From assembly GCA_009103225.1 (NCBI GenBank), contig RHPI01003330.1, positions 426,635-490,634 on the forward strand: a stretch of 64,000 nucleotides of DNA, given 5' to 3'. Under the pieces are notes generated by a model. It was not told the origin of the DNA, searched no databases, and saw only the letters and a program-made list of their open reading frames with translations. Shown one piece after another: positions 48,060-64,000 of the stretch. Each line of letters opens with the position of its first letter. The first letter of the stretch is position 1. The translations under genes and the position numbers were made by a program. Source of the stretch: Chlorokybus atmophyticus. Its lineage: Eukaryota > Plantae > Mesostigma and Chlorokybus algae.

Positions 48060-49589
48060 TTACAGCAGCCCAGTTTCCCTCAGTAGGCTGACCGCCGTGA
48101 ATGTGATGTACAGTGCAATCAGGCATCCTCCCCACGTCTTGGTGAGTCTGAACCCGGCTGCCGGCACGGCGACGGCGGATCCAATCAGGGACGCGAACAG
48201 GAACGCGAAGGCGAGGGGCGTGTGCGGGCGCGGGGAGGCGGGTAAAAGGAAGGGCAACGGGTACGTACGCGCAGTCTGGATTGTGAGAGCAAGACCTAAG
48301 CCCACAAGCATGTTGAACATGGGACCGGCGTAACAACCCGCTATCGCCATTGCGGGCTGGCCAGCCCTGAGATGAGGTATCTGGGGTTAGTGTGTGTGGG
48401 GGGGGGACAGTTAGCAGCAGCAAGTAACTATATGATGGAGGTAGTTATACACACCTTGCGAGGGCCACGTCGGCGACAAGGTCCCCAGTGGAGTTGCCCC
48501 AAGCGAGCACGGTGATGCCGAGTATACCGGGTGTGACACCCAAGATGGCCCCAACTGACGCCAACGCCTGGTTGCAAAAGTGACCAGCTTCAATTTACAA
48601 GTACTGAGACACCAATGGCACACGCCCAACGTCACCCACCTCCAGCAGCACTCTCGCAATGATGCTGATCCAGACAACGCTTGAGCAGAACGCAAGCGCA
48701 AGTGCCACACGTCCAACATGCCTCGGGGGCTGCGCATGCGTGCGGTAGTGCCACACGACCACAAGACTCATCACCACCGCAGCCACCGCCCCCCACGCGG
48801 GTACCTGCGTGGTCCCACCCCACACCTCCCACTGCCACTCTTCCCACACGTGTGCGGGCGCCAACATCCACAGCGCCACCGCGGGACACACGCCCATATT
48901 CAGCGCAGCGTATGTGCGGTTCCACTGCGCCTCGTCCGTGGCGGGGATGCTCCCACGCCTCACCACGTCCGGGAGCAAATACACAATGTGACGCACCTTC
49001 TCCGCCACGCTCAAGTGGACAAACTCACGCCACCATGTGGACACGCCGTGCCAGAGACTCGTCCTCGCCCTCTCAGATGCATCAGTAACATCTTCACCCA
49101 CACTTGTCGTATGTGCCAATAATGGTTGTTGCAAGCCGTTTGGGGTTATGTGTACTCCTCCCTTTGCAGTAAAACTAGGTGGTGGAGATGATAGGTGAAG
49201 CTTCTTCATTGGGCTTTGCGGGACAATGACCCATATGTCATGTTGATGTTGGTTCGCGCGCGCGTTGCGGTTGCAGTTATTGTTGTTGTTGGTTCTGCGC
49301 TCGAAGGCCGCCACGAAGAACACGTACAGCGCGTAGAACAGGAGGCAGAGCGTCGCCTCCCACACGTACACCTTGCGGTCGTATGTCGCGGCGAACACGC
49401 CCGCGGCGCCGACGAGGTAGAAGCCGAGGTCACGCAGGAAGGGAGCCTTGGGAAGGGTGAAGCTCGGGGCGGTCAGGGCCACGGCGCCAACCACAAATGC
49501 CGTAACAAAGCTCCCGGCGCTGTTGTGATAATGCAATCATGGTATCAGCGCGTGCGCGTGTGTGTGCGCATGTGTGTGTGTGTGTGTGT

Positions 49590-49630
<41 letters not shown>

Positions 49631-51069
49631 TGAGTGCGTGCGTGCGTGCGTGTGTTCTGAAGCTCGTGGCGTCTGTCGCGATGTGCAATACGTACCTCAC
49701 TATGGCGGCCATTGCTATGTGGGAGTCGCCGCCCACTATGGACGCCACGCTTGAGAAGACGTCAGGCGAGCCGTTGCCGAAAGCAAGCAGCGTGACACCT
49801 GGCGGGCATGGAAGTCAGTTGAGTGTGTTGGTGTGAAGTGAACACGTTCAAAAACTTCCACGAGTATACTGCCCAAGCAAGAGTGCTGCAAGCGCTTTTT
49901 AGCATGCTCTGATACACTGTGTGTGCGTGCGTGTGTGTGTGCACGTACGCACGGGCACAATGCAAGCTTTCGCATGCTCAAAGAACACGGACACCCACGC
50001 ATGCACGCACAGAGGATGCGTGCGTGCGCGTGTGGACGCAGTAGTAAACATCGTGCAATTCAACCCAGCCACCGCTCGAGCCAACAACCACTCGCCTGCT
50101 GTGGTGGGTGCGAGGTCGAGCGTCTTGGTGATCCTGGTGACGACGGGACAGAAGTAGCTCTCGGCCGTGTCGCCCAGCAGGAAGAACGCGCCCAGGACGA
50201 CGCCCACCAGGACCAGCAGCGCCGGGGACACCGCACCCCAACCCAACAACCCCGAACCCGATCCCAATCCTGATCCGGAGTCGGATTCTTTTTTCTCTGA
50301 GCAGAAGTGCCACTGCATGTACCACGCCATCGTCCCCTCGCACCTCGCCTGGTATTGTGGTTGCAGCGCATTGATTGATACCAGTAGTGTCTCTAGAACC
50401 GTCAAGCCTACCAGTCTTAAAGACCTATCTTTGCAGATAGTGGTAACGGTAGTGGCTATAGCAAAAGGTACGCATGCCAGTGGTGGTAGCTGTATTGGTA
50501 TCAGAGAGTAGTTGGTGGTGCTTGCTGACGCCATCAGCACGACTACGCTAGTCGTGTGACAGTTGTATGTGGTGGTTACACCAGCACAATGAACTACACC
50601 CTACATTGTCAATACCACTCTTCACCACATCACGGTTGTGTTCGTGCAATGACCTCACCTTCACGAAGGCGCATCGGCGCAATACCGGCTGCGCCAGTAC
50701 CTCCGCGCATTCAGCCTCCCCAAACACTGACAACTGCTCCAGCACCGTTTCATTACCTCTATCCCTACCAACACCCGCTACTCCTACCTTTACTTCTCTA
50801 CCACCATCATCACTAATGGTACTCCCATCCCCATGCCGCTGGCGACTGTGACTCTGTCGCTTCGCCAACAACGCCCTCGACCCCGCCCTCCAAGTGGTAG
50901 TTGTGGCTGTTGTGTATGTTGATTGAGGACTGTCTCCATGCAGCGCAGACAGCAGGCAGATCAGCAGCGCCGTCACGCATGCCTTGATCACGCAACGGGT
51001 GAGGGTCCCTCTGGGCCGGCTGCCCGCTGCCGGCGTCTCTGCCTTTGCACGCGGGTGGTCCATGATCAT
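48060..51069 (-). CDS. CCX: Cation/Ca2+ exchanger (CCX/NCLX subfamily)
   Basis: AESYFCP; alpha-1 GVTLLAFGNGSPDVF; FLRDLGFY; alpha-2 LGVTVLAWGNSTGDLVAD; AIAGCYAGPMFNMLVGLG. Confidence 0.93.
49558..49628. repeat. (TG)n microsatellite in a CCX intron
   Basis: Read directly. Confidence 0.92.
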
Positions 51070-51907
51070 CACTATTCCCTTGCTACCTACATATCACTCA
51101 GGTAGTATGAGGGTCAGCAGGGTGCGCATGGTTGAACCGGTCTCAACTGGGGACGGACTGGCCCAGTCTTGCCTGGCCTGGCTGTCCTTGCCTATCTGCT
51201 GCTTCTCTGTTGCCTTGGTCACACCCCCTCCGACTGACGCTGCATGACACTGTAGTCATACCGTTCTCCCATGCGGAGCTTAGGCGTGAGCTAGGTTTCC
51301 TTCCAAGGCCTGGGCTTGGGCTGGTCTGGCCCAATGCCACACAGGCACAGGACGCCCGCCTTGGCGGCGCCTCACAGGCGTAGCCTTAGCCTTAGCCTGG
51401 TCTGTTGCGCGTCCATGTGCGGTTGGCGGTCACGTGACGACCGGAGTCACGGCGTCACACAGCTTGCTCACGAATGCGTGACGATGCGGGTCGGGAGATC
51501 CGCGAGTGTCAACGACCCCGAACCGGTTCTTGATTGCTGGCCGTGCGCTCCACTGAGCAGCCACGTTACAGCATCTGTCTCAAGTCCCCCACCCGAGCTC
51601 GATTAAGTTGGTCCCAGAGCCAGGTTTACTTCTCCTTAATCAGGAATCTTGCTGATGCAGTGCATGCTGTAAAGCGCGCTCGCTGCGGCTTGGCGTCAAA
51701 TTCATGTAGCATGCCAGTGTTATGAGGAAGAATGTCGGGTCCCGTATTCACTCCCATGCTGGATCTGGAGTGAAGCTGTCCACCGTACCGTACCAGGCAT
51801 TCCCTTTGCCTGTTTCGCCTGGGCGGCGGTGGTGTGGTCAGCCTGCTTGTGCAAGGCGTGAGCGGGGTTGGAGTGGTGTGTGTCAGCTGTGAGACTTGCT
51901 CATCTGG

Positions 51908-55621
<3,714 letters not shown>

Positions 55622-58600
55622 GACGGTGTGTTTGCTTCTGCATGTGTCAGAATGAATAGTGGTAATCCTATACACTGCAACCAGTAGCTTGTTTTCATTT
55701 TTTGCAGCCGGTTAGCTGATTGGTTGGCGCGAATCGTGCCCCTACATTCGTCAAAGCGTTTGAACAGTTGTAACTTATGCATCCTTGTATGATCTGTAAC
55801 CTGGTTGTCCATTGTTGTAGAATAGACTGACGGAGGTGCCACACTGAAACACACGTGCACAGCCTCAGTGCCCACACTCAGTGTGCAACTCGTGTGGCAT
55901 GGCGGCTGATTGCTGACTCTAATTCTCACTTGCAAGGTGCAGACATCGCGGTTATGAGAATATGTACCCTGAAGTTATTGCAAGGGTAGGTGGTGGTAAA
56001 GCCAATCAGAGAGGGATGCCATTGGGTGTGTTGAGAGTACCGCAGAGACACGTATCGTACAACCCACACTCACTTTTGAGAATTTAATCTCATGTCAACC
56101 TTTTGCTATAATGATCGCAAAAGTTGACTGAATGCATTGTTAGTATGGTTATTAAAGCCTAGAATACCTTGTCAAAGCCACAACCAAAGGCAATTGATAA
56201 TGACAACCCTTGGGTTGTAATGTATGTGTCTCTAAGGTAGTACGCATGGTCATGATATTGACCATGCATTGTGGTGCACATTCATTACATCTTAAATGTT
56301 AATAGGTGTCAACCTTCAGAATAAATGTTTCGCCATCATGTAATATGTATGTGGTGCATTGCACTGACAGGCGTGATCATGTTAAGCACAATCCACACAT
56401 TTCATTAACACAACCAATCCCCTCAATGTCCGCATCGCGCCTTGTTACGGTGCAAACAACATTCAGGCATTAATGTATAAAAAGGCTCACACCTCAAGAA
56501 ATCACTTCGAACGTATAGCGAAGGCAACAACGCCCCATGTCAACGCTCAAAACTTTCAATTGAAATCCACGCCCAATACTTTAGTGTTGTTTAGGGATTG
56601 GAATCTTTTCAACCGGAGTTCGTGCATATATGACCAGCTGGGTTGTTTTGATATTCAATTACCCTCATCAATTCATCAGTCACCAGCTGCTATCCCAAAT
56701 TTCTCTCTTTCTATATTGTGTCGCATGGTCACAAGGTCACATTGTCAAAGCCATAACGCTAACACAATAACGCCAATCCGAAACAATTACAATGCGCAGA
56801 CACATGACAATACAACCATCAGTGCTAGCGCGCATCAGGTGCGTCGGCCTCACGTCAAAGCATGGCCACGTCGGACAGGGTTGTCATAGGATCAGGTCAC
56901 GGTGGCGGCCAACCCGGAGCTGCACTCACGGCCGTCGTCGCTTTCTATAATAAAGCCACGATGTAACGCCGGTTAATGTGAAATAGGTAAAGAGGGCTAT
57001 GAAGCGTTAAAAAGCAATACGCAACCTCTCATGGTAGCGACTTCTGCTACCATGGCCTAGTCGGCCAATTCCCGCATTACAGAAGCTTTCTCGGTGCCAA
57101 CCGTCTCCGCCAAAGAAAGGAGCTTGTCTGTCCCGAGTGGTCACCGTACTTTCGACACTTCGCCAACTCCGCTGCACGCGCTCCTCCTATGGCTGAGCGC
57201 TGCATGTGGTGACAGTGGTATTCAATAGTGCACCGGTCGACCATAGCGGATACAAAATCCTTCCGCATGAAGTTAGAGCAGTACATTATGTGTTTCTCAA
57301 TGCGTATACCGTAATGCCATGAAATGTGTGTAATACAAATAATTCCGCGCGGGCACTTTACAATGTTGATTAACCTTTCGGCGCCCAATCATATGCATTC
57401 CGGTGACTATGCACTAAGTTGCATATGTTGGCGTTTTTATATACCAAATTGGATATTTTGAAGGCCTCATTTACGAAGACCATAAAGCAATGCGATAGCT
57501 GTAAATTATGTAGATATTCAGCTGCAATATACCGTACACCGCAGCCCAACATTCTTGGGGGTATGTGTAATATAGCTGCAAGCATGGTACATGCGCAAAT
57601 GCAGGCCTCGGTTGTTATAAAAGTCTTCGGATGTGGGCTTATATCCAGTCAAAGAAACCTCAATCACTGAGTAAGCGCCTTGTTATTATGTGATATAACC
57701 AAAGTAGCGCAACGATGCACCCATACAAGCAAAACACTGCATGATAAATGATAGGTAGTGCATTAATCATTGCAATGACTGATTAGACAAAACACATACA
57801 CACCACTTACGCAAGCTTAAGCATATCAAGCCAGGCAAGGCGAGGCGGTGTTCTGACATGTTGCATTGTAATTACTTGGTGCACGATTTAATGCGCATCA
57901 AAAAGCTCAAGACAGTACAAGGTTGCTAGCATTGTTGATGATGTTACGTCACGTTTCATAACTGCAATACACTTTACAATTTCAGCAAGTTCTAGCAGCT
58001 AATTATTGCTGCTCCACTTAAAGTCCGTGATAAGTAACGTACTTGAAATAATATTAATATGTGCATACTTATGTCTTGATTAATGGGACCATGAGTCATA
58101 GCAAAGCACACATCAAACACAAGCTTATTACTCACAAGCAATAAGGCAAGCAAGTAGCATCAATAAGGTAGAACCTTTGTGCGATCATGTATGATATGTA
58201 TATAACAATCTCGCACACAGTTCGATCAATACAATATTTTAAATCATATGTACTTACTATCAAAAATACAAAGTACAATTCGATATCATTTTAAGTTTTG
58301 AAGGCTTCAGACCGTTATCACAAATAGTATATCATATAGTTCTACCTAGCAAGTAGTTATGTCGAAAAGTGTAAATGTTCACAGCAACTCAAACTGGCGG
58401 AAGGTGAACTTTTCGGGAAGACTACTACTGACGGAAGCTCTCCGCAACGGCCATGAACAAGTTACGCTCTCTCGCATATCTTGTCACCTGAGATACCGGG
58501 CAAACCGTCATCCAGCCGCCGCTTCTGCGGCAAAAACTTTCGCTCGTGTTCATTTGTGCGGGTGCTTTTGGCGCCAACAGTGAACTGAGCAGTGGAATAC

Positions 58601-58780
58601 AACTACACAAGCAGTGAACTGCGCAGTGGCATTCAAGAGCAGTGAGCAGGCTTTGGCCTGGTCTGGGCGGAGCGGGGTGGGCTGTGCTAGCAGTGGTATA
58701 CGACCAGGCTGTTGCTGCTGCTGCCAGGCTGCTTGTGTGAAGCAGAGGAGCGAAGAAGTCTGCAAGAAAAGGTGCCTTGC

Positions 58781-58835
58781 ATGGGGTTGTGGCCTTGGGG
58801 TGGCCTGTGGGGAGCGCTTACTGCTGGTGGAGCAG

Positions 58836-58868
<33 letters not shown>

Positions 58869-61800
58869 GAGGAGAGGTAGAGGCAGGCAGCTTCTCAGCT
58901 GCTTCGCCGCCGCCGCCGCCTCCTGAAGTGGAGCAACGAGCTGCCATGCCGGACGAGGGCAGAGCTGCTCGCCAGCTCAGACCACGCCCTGCGCCGCCGC
59001 CTCCGGTGCTGTATGACGTCGACGCCGTCGTCAAGGAGATGAACAAGAAGAAGCAGCAGGTCAGTGTTGAAGCCATACTACGCATTGCACACAATGCATT
59101 GCACACATTGTTTGCAAGCAGCGCATGTCTTGAAACTGCACATGCTCTGTGTGTAGGTCAATGGCAGTAACAGTAAACGTTGCAAGAAGCATGGTGGCGC
59201 CGGTGGCAATGCAAGGACGCCAGAGGCTCAGAAGAAGGTGCTTGTCATCGATGACAACGATGACATGCAGCCTGTCAGCTGCGACCCAGAGGAGGTTGCT
59301 TTCAAGTGGGCGCCCATTCTCAAGTCTAAAGCCGTGCACATGTACCCTTACCGCCGCTACAAGGTACACATGTTCTGTAGGGTTCAGCTGCTAAATTAGG
59401 CTGACAGTGCTGCACTTCAGCACTGTCAGCCTAACCGGTTAGCAAGCTTCTGCGGATCGTACTTGCAAATCCTGACTTATCTTCAACAACGATCTTGCTA
59501 TGGCTTTGGCCAGGGTGATCCAAAGCCGGCTTTTGCGAATGCCTCCAGTCAGCCCTCCGGTGATACCCCGTAAGCAAACACAAGCTGCATTGCTGCCTGC
59601 AGACTTGCTTGCCTGTTTCTTGCAGAACTTAAGCAGTTCTTGTTTAAACTGTTTGTCCGTGCATTGCAGTGCCATCTGCCCGATGTCGGTGACAGCGCAC
59701 TTTGAGAAGGTGGAAATCGATGCCGAGCATGAAATTCATCTTAACCAGACAGTGGAAGTGCAGGTAAGGAGGAGATAGGCCGTTGACTTTATCATTGTCT
59801 CTTGCTCATGGTTGTCATGCTTGCACTAAACGACTTGCGATTGTCATCGGCAGGGTGAGGAAGGCAAAGACAACTTTATTGGCCAGGTCATTGAGATATT
59901 CCAAACACAGGATGGACAAGGATGGTTTCGCGCACGGTGGTTTTGGCGCTTCCACGACACGGTGAGTGCTGCAATTGGCTGCATTCAAGACGAGAATAGC
60001 ACTGGAACTGCTACTGTTATTTGTGATGTTCATTTAGCTGCCAGCAGTTCTACCTGTCTATCTGCAATGTGGGTTCAATCTTTTGCGGCTGTAACGCAAA
60101 GCGTTGCTTGATCACACTGTGCAGTAATGCATTTGCTGCTGTTCAGACCTTGGGCCAAGCTATCGGAGGGAACTACGCTTCAGTGCAGCCGGATGGCAAG
60201 AGGGTTTTTATTGCCAATGATGTGGATGACAATCTGCTCAGCACAATTGTGAAACCAGTTACCATTCTTCGGGTGCCTTCCTCGGTGAGGGCACGCTATT
60301 CCAAGTTGAACGCACTAAACAGTAGGCGCCAAGCCATGACACTGGATGTGATAAGTGCAGGAGCTGAAGCCGCGCCAAGATCAGGAGTATGACTACTGGT
60401 ACAATATGCAATACGACAAGCAGTATACGTCTTTCTTCGCGCTGCCTGATTGCTTGAAGGAATTGGAGCACCCGCCTTTGGCTGAGCGACCTCCAGGTGC
60501 TTACGTGCAAGCCCTGTGCCCAATCTGACTGCACATCCACATGCTGTGGAACTGGGCTGCGTGTGCACAATGTGCTCAACATAACCGGCACATGCTAGCT
60601 CAACAGCACAGTGTCTCAGCCATGGCACTTGCAACGCATAGTACGTTGGCCAATCTCCCTGCACAGAATTACTGTTAGTGTCACAAACTGAAGCTGCCTG
60701 CTGGTGTGCGCTTTTCAGTGGCCTCAAGGTTGGCGCTGGACACACAATCAGCCAGTGACGCCACCGCAAAGACGGCACACGCATCGGCTGCTGATCAGCA
60801 CAACGGCAAGGAAGTTCGTGTCCTAAAGGTATGCCCATCACAATACATGTCAAGGATTGCCTGTTTCTGTAGAAGCGTTGTCACACGTGCTAACTTGTGC
60901 AGGCCTTGGACCTGTACTGTGGCTGCGGCGGTCTCTCTATTGGGTTCCAGGCAGCTGGCGAGAAGGATGGAATTGAGATCCGTGCGGTCAGTTTAAATAT
61001 AGGCGTGTCTGTACTACATGTCTTCCAGCTAAGTACTGCATGTGACGTGCAAAATCTTGACTTGAAACCCGCAGCGCTGGGCAGTGGATATGTGGGAGCC
61101 GGCGTTGGACACATACAGACGGCATCATCCTGAGACCAAGGTAATGAGTTTGCAGCCTCTGTGCTACATGCGCTCTGTGTACTAATGCGGCTTAACCCGT
61201 AATGCAGGTGTATCACATGAAGGCGGAGCACTTTTTGAGCCTTTGCAAGCACTTTAAGCGCTTATGCGCCAGGGTGAGCTCAAGCTAGACTACCACCGTT
61301 TCTTGTGAACATTACGCATGCAGACCTGCTCATACACGTCCAGCTCCTGGCATACTGATCGTCTTGTTGCTCGCAGTATCTGGATGAAGTACACACCAGC
61401 GCAGAGGAGGCCAACATGCCGATCGTGCCCGGGGGCAACGACATTGACGAGCTGGTGTCCGATTCAGAGGATGAGGAAGATGACAAGGCGCTTGATGACG
61501 ATGAGTTCGAGGTATTTGAAAAGGTGCATGTGTCAAGTTGCCTGTGCTGGTTGCCCTCTGCTGGACCATTGACTTGAGCTCAAGGGATGCCTCTGGCGTT
61601 TTGCTCTGGAGGTGATGCAACTACATGATGACTGACCTTCAAAGCTGCAGGTCGAGGAGATTTTGGACATACGCATCAAGGAGCGGGACACTAAAAAGCA
61701 AAAGCAAGAGAAGGAGAAAGCACAGGGCAAGAAGAAGCGCAAGAGAAACGATGGTAAAGATGAGGAGCTCTTACAAGTTGACGATGATGATGCTGAGGAC

Positions 61801-64000
61801 GACAATGGCGGCAAATGCAAGAAGGAGACGCAAATTCATGACCGTGAAGGTGTTTTGGAATTCCTTATCAAGTGGAAAGGGTATGTGTCTGCTCATTGTT
61901 GCTCTCATGCCAGGCTGGAGCGGAAATAAGCATTGTTACTCATTGTAGCTTATAGGTATGGTGATGAGCATAATAGCTGGGAGCCAGAGGAGATGCTTCA
62001 CAACTGCCCGGAGAAGTTCAAGGACTTTCTACAGGAGAAGAAAATTAGTGGAGATATTCCTTTCCCTGGTGATGTTGATGTTCAAACGGGAGGCCCACCA
62101 TGCCAGGTGCTGCTCTTAATGTTAATGTGGACAAATTACCTAGCACGCTTGCTCAACTCATTCTGGTAAGTCGGCAAACATGCGCCTTGACACCTCTTGA
62201 TGTTGCTGTCACATAGGGCGTAAGTGGTTTCAACCGTTTCCGCGACTTTGAAGAGCCTCTCCGAGACCCTAAGAACTACCAGATGGCAGTGTACGTGGCG
62301 TGTTCTCACTACTTCAAGCCGTCGTTTGTCCTGATGGAGAACGTCGCCGACATTCTCAAGTTTGGCGACCGCGCGCTGGGTCAGGACGGGTATCTTGGAC
62401 GCTTTGCCATGCAGCAGCTAGTCTCCATGAACTATCAGGTACTGCAAGCATGATGCAGCAGCTGCAACCGACAATAAAAGTGACTTAGAAAAGCAGTATC
62501 AGAGTTTGTTGCTTTGTGCCTTGTGCTTGAGCTGACTGGCTGTTGCACAGATGCGTATGGGCTTGATAGCTGCTGGGGCATATGGCCTGCCCCAATTCCG
62601 ACTGCGATGCTTTGTCTGGGGAGCTGCTGTTGGTGAGTGGCCTTTGATACAAGTTCGTGCATGTCAATGTTTCAACTTCACCCTGCTTGCTTTTCTGCAT
62701 GCATGCATGATCATGCTCATAAGCTGCAGCATCTAGCTAACAGAGCTAGGCACTGACACATTGCATCATATCTGCTGCTGCTTACAGGCGAACGACTGCC
62801 GCCTTTCCCTCTGCCCACGCATGAAGTTCTCCCGCGCTCAACAACTTACCCCACCAAGTGGTCAGCCAACCTGGTCGGCTGGGATGAGGGATCAAAGGTG
62901 AGGTCTTCAATGGTTAGTTGCTGCTGCAGCCATTGGCAGTCACCCTTCACACTATCATTACAGTGTACTGCTGACACACATGCAGGACCTCAAGCTTCTC
63001 AAGGAACTCAGGTTGGAGGATGCTATGCGTGATCTGCCTCCCGTAGACTGTTATGAGAAGCGAGATGAGATGCCATACTTGTCTGAGCCTCTCAACGACT
63101 TCCAGCGCATCCTAAGAAGGCCACCGCCAGGTTGCGTGCATGTGCTGCCTTACTACTTCTCACTTGCAATGAAGCCTTGACCTACTAAGCTGAACTGCGG
63201 AACCTTTCTGCCAGGTGATGTGAAGGCGGGTGAGCCAAACTACAGCAACGTCCTGTATGATCACTTGTCTTTGCCCTTGAGCGCAGATGACAATGAACGC
63301 GTCGCACGTAAGTGGCTCAAAACAAGTGCAAGCTGTTCAAATCCCCATGTAGCTTAGCACATTGTTGTTGAGCAGTGATTCCGCACCGCAAAGGTGCAAA
63401 CTGGACTGACCTTCCCGGTGGTATCAAGAAGGAAGATGGCAGGTCAGTCACGACGTTACCTGCATGATGTGTTGATAGTGTCTGCGTGTACCATGTTGCT
63501 AGCATGCACATGCCACTGATTGCAAGTGGTTAGTGCGAGTCTTCCCCATTGCTTCTCTATGCCGGCAGGTATGAATGCGGGCCCAACAAAGTTAAGTCTG
63601 GCAAGCCCCTCATTCCCAAGTACGCGACTAGTTTTGAAAACGGAAGGTCCAAGAAGCCGTTTGCAAGGTTGTGGTGGGATGACATTGTGCCAACTGTGGT
63701 GACACGCGCGGAGCCACACAACCAGGTAGCAACTCAATGCGTGCACACATAGACATGCAGTAGTCCTCACCTCACTGAACACAATGTTTTGCAGTGCATC
63801 CTGCACCCTGAGCAGGATCGTGTGCTGAGTGTCCGAGAAAACGCTAGGATTCAAGGCTTCCCAGACTACTATAGGCTGTATGGCAGGGTGCGAGACAGGT
63901 ATGTCTGCCCAGAGCTTGCATGTCGCACACGTTCCAATGGTACACTTGCTGTAATATCCCTCACCTGCTGGAGGAATGCCGTAGCGCAGTAAGCGCACAC
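58781..64000 (+). CDS. CMT: Chromomethylase (BAH domain + C5 DNA methyltransferase with embedded chromodomain); incomplete at window end, start approximate
   Basis: [24 protein letters not shown]; motif [14 protein letters not shown]; chromodomain EFE|VEEIL..FLIKWKG|YG..NSWEP; motif IV GGPPCQ|GVSGFNR; motif [13 protein letters not shown]; [15 protein letters not shown]; [22 protein letters not shown]; [22 protein letters not shown]. Confidence 0.96.
59396..59434. repeat. Perfect 17-bp inverted repeat with 5-nt loop in a CMT intron
   Basis: ttaggctgacagtgctg-cactt-cagcactgtcagcctaa read directly. Confidence 0.9.

Noticed and set aside
26485-51069. CatSper3 and CCX as a Ca2+ signalling gene cluster
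   Set aside because: About 20 kb and several unrelated genes apart; no evidence beyond proximity.
51720-51900. Upstream ATG giving a dual-targeted MDAR isoform as in Arabidopsis MDAR6
   Set aside because: In-frame stop at ~51890 and no convincing splice to join the frames.
58740-58780. GAKKSARK as a histone-H3-tail mimic in CMT
   Set aside because: Not in the frame of the CMT N-terminal ORF; likely chance.

Overview
Eukaryotic, intron-rich nuclear DNA from a green-lineage alga. It carries nuclear RbcS, a plant-type APR, a chromomethylase and plant-type NAP1/MDAR/CCX, so an early-diverging streptophyte alga is my inference. There are two N gaps (4205-5181, 13587-13978). About 13 protein-coding genes can be assembled by eye across introns: a B-box/zf-C6H2/TPR protein (-), NAP1 of the SCAR/WAVE complex (+), a signal-peptide C2H2 membrane protein (+), RbcS (+), a CatSper3-like Ca2+ channel alpha subunit (-), APS reductase (+), a CYP711-clan P450 (-), DnaJ-thioredoxin ERdj3A-like (+), UXT prefoldin (-), an orphan coiled-coil/TM protein (-), otubain (+), CCX exchanger (-), MDAR (+) and a chromomethylase (+, runs off the window end). 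The standout is an apparently intact CatSper3 homologue (TVDGW filter, CatSper3-like C-terminus) in a green-plant-lineage genome. Also notable: an RbcS with a repeated QQQ[F/Y]G prion-like C-terminal tail, an inverted decayed copy of the RbcS 5' end, and unusually many GC-AG introns. All exon assemblies and family assignments come from manual reading and recalled family motifs, not database searches. Gene ends marked approximate may shift.
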